Shown here piece by piece: positions 40,796 to 48,957 of a DNA stretch of 64,000 nucleotides. The DNA is from Spirochaetia bacterium (GTDB lineage Bacteria; Spirochaetota; Spirochaetia; DSM-16054; Sediminispirochaetaceae). The stretch lies in assembly GCA_034520965.1 (NCBI GenBank), contig JAXHMY010000001.1:480001-544000 (forward strand). Reading direction: 5' to 3'. The notes under the pieces were generated by a model, which worked only from the letters and a program-made list of their open reading frames with translations, was not told the DNA's origin and made no database searches. Both the position numbers and the translations under genes were made by a program. The stretch's first letter is position 1. Every line of letters starts with the position of its first letter.

Positions 40796-43700
40796 TTATC
40801 TAGCCTCGAAGCGCCCGTAAAATATCTCTCGAAGCTTTTCCAGCGTAAGCTCCTCGGTGGAGCTGCACTTCCAGTCGGCATTCATCAGATACTCTCCCAC
40901 GCCTACTGAAAAAATCCCGGCCCCGTTAATAGCATCTATCCCGGCCTGGGCATCTTCCACACCCACACAGTTGCGGCTTGGAACCTTCAGCAGCTCGGCG
41001 GCCATAAAAAACTGTTCCGGATCGGGCTTTCCCTTTTTCAACTGCCCAGGATCGGTTATTACATCGAACATATCCTCCACCTGCAGCTGCCGGACGATGG
41101 TACCTGCATTCCGGCTGGCAGAGGCCAGGGCGGCTTTTATACCCGCCGCTTTCAAATCTTTAAGAAGGGTATCGATACCCGGCAACAGATCCTCCGGGGT
41201 GATCTGCTGGATAAGTTTTTTATAGTACTCGTTTTTGCGGCTTGCTAAATGGACCTTCTCCTCTTCGCTAAAGCTGCGCTCCGGCACCTGCGACAGCAGC
41301 AGCTCTAAACTCTCCATCCGACCAACTCCCCGCAACTGGTGGTTGAACTCCCGGTCAAAGGAAATATCCAGCTCATCACAGAGCTTTTTCCAAGCCTGAT
41401 AATGGTACTCCGCAGAATCGGTGATAACTCCATCTAAATCAAAAATAACTGCTTCCATATCCGGGCGATGTGAGAACACCAGGGGCGAGCCGGCATACAC
41501 AGTATGTCTGTCCCCCTCATGCACAAGGGCAAGTGACTCACCCTCTTTTAAGGTATAGGCAACTTCATTATGGGTAATTGCCACTTCCAGAAGAGTATTC
41601 CGGATGTTCAAATTAAAGGTCAACCGGTTCCACTGGGTAGGCAAATGGGGATTGAAAGAAAGTTCTCCCTTGTAGTCACGCATTCCCGCAAAACCGTATA
41701 CGATACTTGTCCATGTGCCGGCCATTGCGGCGGTGTGCAGCCCATCCCGCACATTTCCGTTCACGTTATCCAGGTCGATTCGCGCAGTCCGGGTAAAGTA
41801 ATCGTAGGCCGCCTCATCGTAGCCCACCTCAGCGGCAACGACACTCTGCACGCAGGCGGAGAGAGAAGAATCGCCGGTGGTAAGCCGGTCGTAATAATCA
41901 AAATCACGTTTTTTTTCTGCGATACTAAAACGATCGCCCTGCAGCAGCAGAGCCAGCACGAGGTCAGCCTGCTTTAATATCTGATGTCGATAAATCACTA
42001 ATGGATGATAGTGCAGCAGCAAAGGACGCTTCTCATCCGGAATCTCGCCAAGGGGCCACACTTTCTTGTTCAGAAAGCTGTCATCTTGTGGATGAATCCC
42101 CAGGGGCTCATCATAGGGTAGATACATAAGCTCAGCAGCCCTGCCCCATTCATCCAGCTCTTCCTTTTTTAAACCCGTACGGTACACTACCTGCTCATGT
42201 GCAGCGCTATCTCTGTCATGCAGCATACGAAGCGCCTCTATAGCAAATTCCAAATTGTCCTTGGCCATTACGTTGGTGTAATAATTGTTGTTTACCAAGG
42301 CGGTATACTCATCCGGACCGGTCACTCCGTTGATACAAAAACTGCCGTCCTTTTGAGGGATATACTCGCCAAGATCGGCCCACAATCGGGCAGTTTCAAT
42401 TAAAATTTCCACCGCCCGGGACAAGAACTCTTCATTTCCACTTATTTGGAGATACTTCTTAATTCCATAGGCGATATCTGCATCGATGTGGTACTGGGCG
42501 GTTCCGGCAGGATAATAGGAAGAGGCTTCATGTCCATTGATAGTTCGCCAGGGAAAAAGCGCCCCGGTCTGGCTCAGTTCCTTCGCCCTTGATCTAGCCT
42601 GCTGCAGAATGCTGTAGCGGTACTCCAGGAGCGATTTGGCAATCTCCGGCTGGGTATAGGTAAACAGGGGCAGGACGTATATTTCGGTATCCCAAAAGAA
42701 GTGGCCCTCATACCCTTCTCCCGTCAAGCCTTTGGCGGGAATACTGGTGGTACCGTTTCGCCCTACCGACTGCAGCAAATGGAATAGGTTAAAGCGGATT
42801 CCCTGCTGCAAGGCTAGATCTCCATCGATTTTCACATCAGAATGGTCCCAAAAATAACTCAAATAACTAAACTGCTCGCTCACCAGGGCCTCGAAGCCAT
42901 CATTCGCCGCCGTTTTAAGTTCATTCCGCATTATTTCAATATTCCGAGCCTCTTCTGCTATACCGCGATACGAGTAGGAGAGAAACTTATCGCAGGTAAA
43001 ACTAGTGCCTTCCTCTAGATCCAGGGAAAACCGAATTCCTACTTCACTATGCTCGGAAACCGGCTCTATTAGATCCTGCGGGATATCGGGGCACAGGTGC
43101 ATTACTCCACAGGCCAGGGTAAGGTCCGACTGCCCGGTACGCGCAGCAAGTTCACCCATCTCTGTGGTGGAGCTGCCCTCGTTGTAGACCAATGCGTTTT
43201 TATCCAGATGAGCGCCTACCCGGGGGTCTTCTTCTGCGGCAAGATTAGTTACATTCCCATCGAGGGTACTGACAAAATTCAATCGACCACTGCCCCGGCT
43301 TAGAGTCACTTTGTAACGGATTGCAGCAATGTGACGACGTTCAAATGCAACCAGCCGGTCGCTTACAATATGCAAGATTTTTTCCTTGGGAGATTCCCAG
43401 AGAATCTCTCGCCGTAACACTCCCTCCCGCAGATCTATTTCACGCCGATAGCTGTGAATAGTGCCTGAAGTCAAATCGAACTGCTCATCGTCGATCCATA
43501 CTTCTATTTTTCTCCCATCGGCTACATTCAAAATTGTCTGTCCGTGCTCTGGGAAGCCGTAGGCCTTTTCACCGTAAATAATTGGACGGGACTCATAAAA
43601 CCCATTCAGATAGGTACCGCGGCACCACGCGTAGTTCATCTCCTCCAGGGTGCCGCGAACACCCAGATACCCATTGGCCAAAGCAAAGATTGATTCATTG

Positions 43701-43810
43701 CCATCCATATGTTCAGGTACCGGTTCCGTCTCAGTAATTTTCCACGGATCCTGCGGATAGACCTGTTCTTTACTCATATCCATCTCCACTGTAATGTGAT
43801 CTTCGCTCAC
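40796..43810 (-). CDS. GH65 phosphorylase fused to beta-phosphoglucomutase
   Basis: PAKGLTGEGYEGHFFWDTE, TGPDEY, KQADL, DSSLS; C-terminal HAD domain FDLDGVITDS, GKPDPE, VEDAQAG. Confidence 0.9.
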   Translation of the reverse strand: MSEDHITVEMDMSKEQVYPQDPWKITETEPVPEHMDGNESIFALANGYLGVRGTLEEMNYAWCRGTYLNGFYESRPIIYGEKAYGFPEHGQTILNVADGRKIEVWIDDEQFDLTSGTIHSYRREIDLREGVLRREILWESPKEKILHIVSDRLVAFERRHIAAIRYKVTLSRGSGRLNFVSTLDGNVTNLAAEEDPRVGAHLDKNALVYNEGSSTTEMGELAARTGQSDLTLACGVMHLCPDIPQDLIEPVSEHSEVGIRFSLDLEEGTSFTCDKFLSYSYRGIAEEARNIEIMRNELKTAANDGFEALVSEQFSYLSYFWDHSDVKIDGDLALQQGIRFNLFHLLQSVGRNGTTSIPAKGLTGEGYEGHFFWDTEIYVLPLFTYTQPEIAKSLLEYRYSILQQARSRAKELSQTGALFPWRTINGHEASSYYPAGTAQYHIDADIAYGIKKYLQISGNEEFLSRAVEILIETARLWADLGEYIPQKDGSFCINGVTGPDEYTALVNNNYYTNVMAKDNLEFAIEALRMLHDRDSAAHEQVVYRTGLKKEELDEWGRAAELMYLPYDEPLGIHPQDDSFLNKKVWPLGEIPDEKRPLLLHYHPLVIYRHQILKQADLVLALLLQGDRFSIAEKKRDFDYYDRLTTGDSSLSACVQSVVAAEVGYDEAAYDYFTRTARIDLDNVNGNVRDGLHTAAMAGTWTSIVYGFAGMRDYKGELSFNPHLPTQWNRLTFNLNIRNTLLEVAITHNEVAYTLKEGESLALVHEGDRHTVYAGSPLVFSHRPDMEAVIFDLDGVITDSAEYHYQAWKKLCDELDISFDREFNHQLRGVGRMESLELLLSQVPERSFSEEEKVHLASRKNEYYKKLIQQITPEDLLPGIDTLLKDLKAAGIKAALASASRNAGTIVRQLQVEDMFDVITDPGQLKKGKPDPEQFFMAAELLKVPSRNCVGVEDAQAGIDAINGAGIFSVGVGEYLMNADWKCSSTEELTLEKLREIFYGRFEAR

Positions 43811-43819
43811 TGCCTATTG

Positions 43820-43869
43820 TGCACACGGTTGCATCACATTAGTCTAAATAGCCGGATGGCTATTGTCAA
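43820..43869 (-). promoter_or_regulatory. promoter with LacI-type operator (43820-43833)
   Basis: Minus-strand TTGACA-17 bp-TAGACT followed by the same 14-mer. Confidence 0.75.
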
Positions 43870-43886
43870 GAAAAAGCACCTCTAAT

Positions 43887-44028
43887 CAGCAATTCGCAAT
43901 TTGAAAATTTTTGGAAAATTTTCAAATTGCGAATGCTTACATTTTGTTTAAGATAAGTAGTTTATCTTAAAGATGTTGTGGGAATTCTCATTTTGGAAGT
44001 CTTCTGACTTCCAAAATGAGAATTCCTG
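43887..44028. mobile_element. MITE-like double-hairpin element, copy 2 (142 bp)
   Basis: CAGCAATTC...GAATTCCTG flanked by the direct repeat ACCTCTAAT (43878-43886, 44029-44037). Confidence 0.8.
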
Positions 44029-44032
44029 ACCT

Positions 44033-44929
44033 CTAATCAGCAATTCTATCCGGAGGGACAGGAGGTTGGCGAAGAGAACTTGCACGGGAATACCCATATA
44101 TGCCGTATAAAATGATACCCGCACCTATCCCGTTAAGAACAGATGGAACCTCTCCAAAGAAAAAGTAGGCCATTATTCCGGCAGCCACCGGTTCTATCAG
44201 TACCGTAACCGACAGGAAGGTCGAGGGGACGTATTTTAGGGCCCAGCTGTAGATACTGTGACCAAGAATAGTACAGACAAAGGCTAAGGCAAAAAACAAC
44301 AGGAACTCACGGGGCGGATACGGATAGAAGCGAGTATCGGCTATAATATTTATCAATAGAAGGGTTACCCCGCTGGTGCCGTAGACAAGAAAAGTATATT
44401 TTGCCACTGCCACCCTGCGGCGGACAATCCGTCCAAGTACCATGTACACTCCCACCGACAAAGCTCCCAGCACAGCCAGAAAATCACCCAACAGTACATT
44501 GTTTCCACGTCCTAGATCTCCCCAGGAGAGAACTGAACTGCCGAGAACCGTTACAAGCACAAACAAGAACTCCCGCCGTGAGCCCCCCTCCCGTAAAATA
44601 AACCGGCTTATTAAATACACCATCACCGGGTGGGTATTTACCAACAGTACTGAACTGGCAACGCTGGTATAATGCAGCGAAGAGATCCAAGTAGCAAAAT
44701 GAATGCCGAGAAAGACCCCGCTCACTAGCGAGAGCAGCAGATCGCGGCGATTTACCTGCTCCGGTTTTGCGAGGCTGTACGGAAGGACCAGCAAAAAAGC
44801 GATGAGCATACGGTAAAAAGCAATAATCAGAGCCGGGGCATTGGACCAGCGAATAAAAATTGCCGAAAAGGAGGCAAAAATCACCGCCAGGGGCAGCACA
44901 ATCCGGCTAAGCCTGTGAATTTCTTTCAT
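44033..44929 (-). CDS. DMT/EamA-family transporter
   Basis: Multi-TM two-repeat protein with AFYRM, HFATWISSL, GDFLA, EPV. Confidence 0.88.
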   Translation of the reverse strand: MKEIHRLSRIVLPLAVIFASFSAIFIRWSNAPALIIAFYRMLIAFLLVLPYSLAKPEQVNRRDLLLSLVSGVFLGIHFATWISSLHYTSVASSVLLVNTHPVMVYLISRFILREGGSRREFLFVLVTVLGSSVLSWGDLGRGNNVLLGDFLAVLGALSVGVYMVLGRIVRRRVAVAKYTFLVYGTSGVTLLLINIIADTRFYPYPPREFLLFFALAFVCTILGHSIYSWALKYVPSTFLSVTVLIEPVAAGIMAYFFFGEVPSVLNGIGAGIILYGIYGYSRASSLRQPPVPPDRIAD

Positions 44930-44999
44930 CTTGACCTTCCAAACCCTGAAGTATAGGCTTTGTATAGGCTACCACCATTCCATTGTAGGGAAAAGAGAA

Positions 45000-45839
45000 A
45001 TGTCATACAGAAAAAATAAAACCCATCCTTTTCTTACGCCTTTTCCGGTTGTCTGTGCCCACCGGGGCGACTCTGCACATTACCCCGAAAACACCCTTCC
45101 CGCCTTTATGTCCTCCGCCCGGCTGGGAGTAGACTGCATAGAGTCGGATGTCCATCTTACTGCCGATGAGACCTGTGTACTTTGGCACGACAGCACGGTG
45201 GACCGCATGACCGACGGGAGCGGAGAAATAGCTGATTATACCCTGCAGGAACTGCAAGGCTTAGATGCGGGCTATGGTTTTACCCTCCCCGGCGATGGGA
45301 GCCATCCATTTCGGGGACAGGGAATTACTATCCCCACCCTCTCCGATACATTGGCAGCGCTTCCGCAGATGCGCTTCAATCTTGATTTGAAGGGAACCTC
45401 ACCTCTTTTAGCCGAACACTTTGTCGAAGTGGTAAACCAACACCATGCACAAGAGAGGATACTTGGAGCCAGTTTTCATTACCTTCAATTGAAGCGGCTT
45501 CGCAGACTGGCTCCCTCCCTTGCTACCAGTTTTTCTTCACCCGAGGTACGTGCTTTGATTATCCTGAAGCGCATCGGTCTGCTCTCCGTACTGTTTCCCT
45601 TCCCCGGCCTCACCCTGCAGGTTCCCGAGACCCATGGCAAGGTTCAAATTGTAACCGCCAAGCTGATCGGTCGGCTTCATCGAAAAGGGGTCCCCATCCA
45701 AGTATGGACCATCAACAACGAGGCGGATATGCATCGCCTTCTGGAAATGGGAGTTGACGGTATTGTGACCGATGATCCCCAACTACTTATGCAGGTAATA
45801 CAGTTACGCCGTTCATCACACCAGTTAAATAAAATTTGA
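45000..45839 (+). CDS. glycerophosphodiester phosphodiesterase
   Basis: AHRGDSAHYPENT, IESDVHLT, WHDSTVDR, WTIN, GVDGIVTD. Confidence 0.9.
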   Translation: MSYRKNKTHPFLTPFPVVCAHRGDSAHYPENTLPAFMSSARLGVDCIESDVHLTADETCVLWHDSTVDRMTDGSGEIADYTLQELQGLDAGYGFTLPGDGSHPFRGQGITIPTLSDTLAALPQMRFNLDLKGTSPLLAEHFVEVVNQHHAQERILGASFHYLQLKRLRRLAPSLATSFSSPEVRALIILKRIGLLSVLFPFPGLTLQVPETHGKVQIVTAKLIGRLHRKGVPIQVWTINNEADMHRLLEMGVDGIVTDDPQLLMQVIQLRRSSHQLNKI

Positions 45840-45918
45840 CCTCTTAGCCTAGATCCCCTACATTAGAGGTTAAGTGTGTATAATATGTGCACACAAGAGT
45901 ATATGAAAGGGGTTAATT

Positions 45919-46860
45919 ATGAATAAAAAACTCGTATTAGTTACGTCTGTTTTAGCACTGTCCCTCGCAGCTTTTGTTATTCTGACTGGCTGTGAACCGA
46001 AACAGGAAACCAAAGGTAAGGTAGTTATTGCATCAAAGATTGATACTGAAGGGGCATTACTGGGCTCAATGATAGTACAGCTCTTAGACCACCATGGCTA
46101 CGAAGCAGTTGATAAAACAGAATTCGGTACGACCGAGGTAATGAGAAAAGCAATCCGCGCGGAGGAAATAGACATTTACCCTGAATATACCGGTAACGTT
46201 GCTTTTTTTCATAATGATGCCGATAACCCCGTCTGGAAGGATCCGCAGGAGGCGTATGCACGGGCAGTTGAGCTTGATGAAGAGGCCTACGACCTTCGCT
46301 GGCTCCAGCCGGCACCGGCTAACAACACCTGGGCAATTGCAGTACGTCAGGACTTAGCGGAACAGAATTCCCTGTTTACTCTGGCTGATTTGGCTGAGTA
46401 TGTAAACAATGGGGGGAATCTAAAACTCGCCTGCAGCGAAGAGTTTGCCAGCCGCCAAGGGGCTCTGCCCAGCTTTGAAGAGGCATATAACTTCAAGCTT
46501 GAAAAAGATCAGCTGCTGATTTTATCCGGCGGCAACACAGCTACCACGGAGCGTGCAGCGGCAGAACAGACCGACGGTGTGAATGCAGCCATGGCCTATG
46601 GAACTGACGGCGCACTGGCAGCCTTAGGCTTGGTAGTTCTGGAAGATAACCGCAACGTTCAACATGTGTACCAGCCGGCCCCCCTCGTACGGGGAGAGGT
46701 GCTCGATAAATATCCTGAAATCGAAACGATCCTCAACCCGGTCTTTGGAACCCTTGATCTCAAAACCCTGCAATCCTTGAACTCACGCTTAGCGGTACAC
46801 GGCGAGGCAGCCTCCGATGTAGCCCAGGAATACCTGCAGGAAAACGGTTTATTAAAATAG
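45919..46860 (+). CDS. osmoprotectant ABC substrate-binding lipoprotein (OsmF/YehZ-like)
   Basis: LTGC lipobox, SKIDTEGALLG, YPEYTGN, ANNTWAIA, AYGTDG. Confidence 0.88.
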   Translation: MNKKLVLVTSVLALSLAAFVILTGCEPKQETKGKVVIASKIDTEGALLGSMIVQLLDHHGYEAVDKTEFGTTEVMRKAIRAEEIDIYPEYTGNVAFFHNDADNPVWKDPQEAYARAVELDEEAYDLRWLQPAPANNTWAIAVRQDLAEQNSLFTLADLAEYVNNGGNLKLACSEEFASRQGALPSFEEAYNFKLEKDQLLILSGGNTATTERAAAEQTDGVNAAMAYGTDGALAALGLVVLEDNRNVQHVYQPAPLVRGEVLDKYPEIETILNPVFGTLDLKTLQSLNSRLAVHGEAASDVAQEYLQENGLLK

Positions 46861-46884
46861 GCCTCGCACTAAGAGTAATACTAT

Positions 46885-48039
46885 ATGCGCTTCAAAATTT
46901 TTACCGGTTTGTGTGCTGTGTGCACCTTTCTTCTGCCGCTTTTCACTGTTAAACCGAACCGTATACAAACCGGAAGTGCAGTGTGGGTATTCGAGCTGCC
47001 GCCCGGCTACTGGGCGGCAGCGGTAATACTCATATTCCTAATAGCATTTATTGTTTTCTCCCGCCGCCATACCGACATTTTATTCCTCTTGTTCTCGCTG
47101 GCCTTTATGACCCTGTTGCTGGCTATTCTCCACTATCTGCAGGGACATTTGTATATGTGGGATGCTCAAGAGTATGGCCGCATAAGCTTCTCCGGGGGGT
47201 TTTGGATTGCTCTATTAACGATCTATCTGCTCTTAAGCTGGGCATATCGAAATACTCGGCATAAACAACTGCTGCTTCCTATAGCGATACTCCTTATGAC
47301 GGCAGGCGTGTTTCTGTTTATTCTAGTGGGCAGTTTTGAACACACAGCTATCCTACTGGAATATCAAAACCGCTCACAAAAATTTCTAATGGAATTGCTG
47401 AATCACATAAACCTTAGCCTGGCGGCTGTCGGTACGGCAACTGTTATCGGGGTACCCGCCGGTATATGGGCCGCCCGTTCCCAGAAATACCGCATCCTGG
47501 TATTTAAGACAGTAAATGGTATTCAGACAATTCCCAGTCTGGCTTTATTCGGTTTGATGATTGCTCCACTAGCCCTATTATCACAGCAGTTCCCTGTACT
47601 TCGATCACTGGGAATTGCCGGAATCGGCACTGCCCCGGCCTTAATTGCACTTACCCTGTATTCACTGCTTCCTATCATTCGCAACACCTTTACAGGCATT
47701 TACTACATCGAAACACAAATTATCTCTGCTGCCCACGGAATGGGTATGAACAGAGCCCAGACTTTTCGCTATATCGAACTGCCGCTGTCAACACCCATGA
47801 TTCTCACCGGAATCAGGATGTCCCTTGTGCAATGTATAGGCAACACTGCTGTGGCCGCTTTGATTGGTGCCGGCGGGCTGGGTACGTTTATTTTTCAAGG
47901 TCTGGGCCAGTCGGTACCGGATTTGATCCTTCTGGGAGTAATACCGGTAATCCTTTTATCCATTCTGTTTGACCGTCTTTTTCACTTGGCAGAACACTGG
48001 GCTACCCCAAGGGGAGTGCGTCTTGCATGGGGTAACTAA
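46885..48039 (+). CDS. osmoprotectant ABC permease (YehY-like)
   Basis: KPNRI, QTIPSLALFGL, LIGAGGLG. Confidence 0.85.
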   Translation: MRFKIFTGLCAVCTFLLPLFTVKPNRIQTGSAVWVFELPPGYWAAAVILIFLIAFIVFSRRHTDILFLLFSLAFMTLLLAILHYLQGHLYMWDAQEYGRISFSGGFWIALLTIYLLLSWAYRNTRHKQLLLPIAILLMTAGVFLFILVGSFEHTAILLEYQNRSQKFLMELLNHINLSLAAVGTATVIGVPAGIWAARSQKYRILVFKTVNGIQTIPSLALFGLMIAPLALLSQQFPVLRSLGIAGIGTAPALIALTLYSLLPIIRNTFTGIYYIETQIISAAHGMGMNRAQTFRYIELPLSTPMILTGIRMSLVQCIGNTAVAALIGAGGLGTFIFQGLGQSVPDLILLGVIPVILLSILFDRLFHLAEHWATPRGVRLAWGN

Positions 48040-48769
48040 AATTCTGAAGCAGCAAAAGTTAGGAGCACTATTTGTACTTGTGTATCTGCTGTATGTAGCT
48101 CTTCCGACACTACAGTACAGCCTTTTATCCCCCCTGTTTCCTCACCTCCAGGAGATTCTGTACCCGCGGGCCAGTCTACTGCGCCTTTTTGGAGAGCACC
48201 TTCTGTTAGTGCTGCTGTCCGGCATAAGCGCTTTTGTCACCGGAATTATTTTGGGCATTGGCGTTACTCGTCCGTGGGGACGTGAATTTCTCCAGTCTGT
48301 ACAAGACTTGACAGCCCTACTACAAACATTTCCGCCGGTTGCAGTATTGACCCTTGCAGTTCCGGCAGTCGGCTTTGGTTTTACGCCGGCCTATTTGGCC
48401 TTGTTCCTCTATAGTATTCTTCCGATTGTACGAAACACAATTACCGGACTCTTATCGGTACCCCAGCCCCTCAAAGAGGCCGCCCGCGGCATGGGAATGA
48501 CCCCCCTGCAAGTTCTTATCAAGGCCGAGTTGCCGCAAGCCTTTCCAGCCATACTGACGGGCACACGTATCTCAATGATTATCAATATCGGTACTGCCAC
48601 TATCGGAGGGGTAATTGGTGCAGGAGGTCTGGGAGTAGCCATTGTGGCCGGACTGGTGCGTGACAACACCGCATTCGTCTTGCAAGGTGCTATAGCTGCC
48701 GCGGGACTGGCCTTTTTAGCCGATTACCTGTTTGAGTTGTGGGAACAGAAAATGAACAGACAGGAATAA
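48023..48769 (+). CDS. osmoprotectant ABC permease (YehW-like)
   Basis: QTFPPVAVL, EAARGMGM, NIGTAT; TTG start after GGGGAG. Confidence 0.85.
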   Translation: MHGVTKILKQQKLGALFVLVYLLYVALPTLQYSLLSPLFPHLQEILYPRASLLRLFGEHLLLVLLSGISAFVTGIILGIGVTRPWGREFLQSVQDLTALLQTFPPVAVLTLAVPAVGFGFTPAYLALFLYSILPIVRNTITGLLSVPQPLKEAARGMGMTPLQVLIKAELPQAFPAILTGTRISMIINIGTATIGGVIGAGGLGVAIVAGLVRDNTAFVLQGAIAAAGLAFLADYLFELWEQKMNRQE

Positions 48770-48957
48770 TAAGAGAAGGAGCCTGTGCATATGCACGGCC
48801 CCTTCAAACCCTATAACCCACTTTTTTTAATTAACCCTAGTAATAACTAAATATCTTTTTGCTTTATAAAACTTTAGCTTATGCATAAAAGTATACAATC
48901 GATTCAGTATAATTTATATAAGGGAATGTCACGATCTTGTGTGAGTTTCTCACGCTT

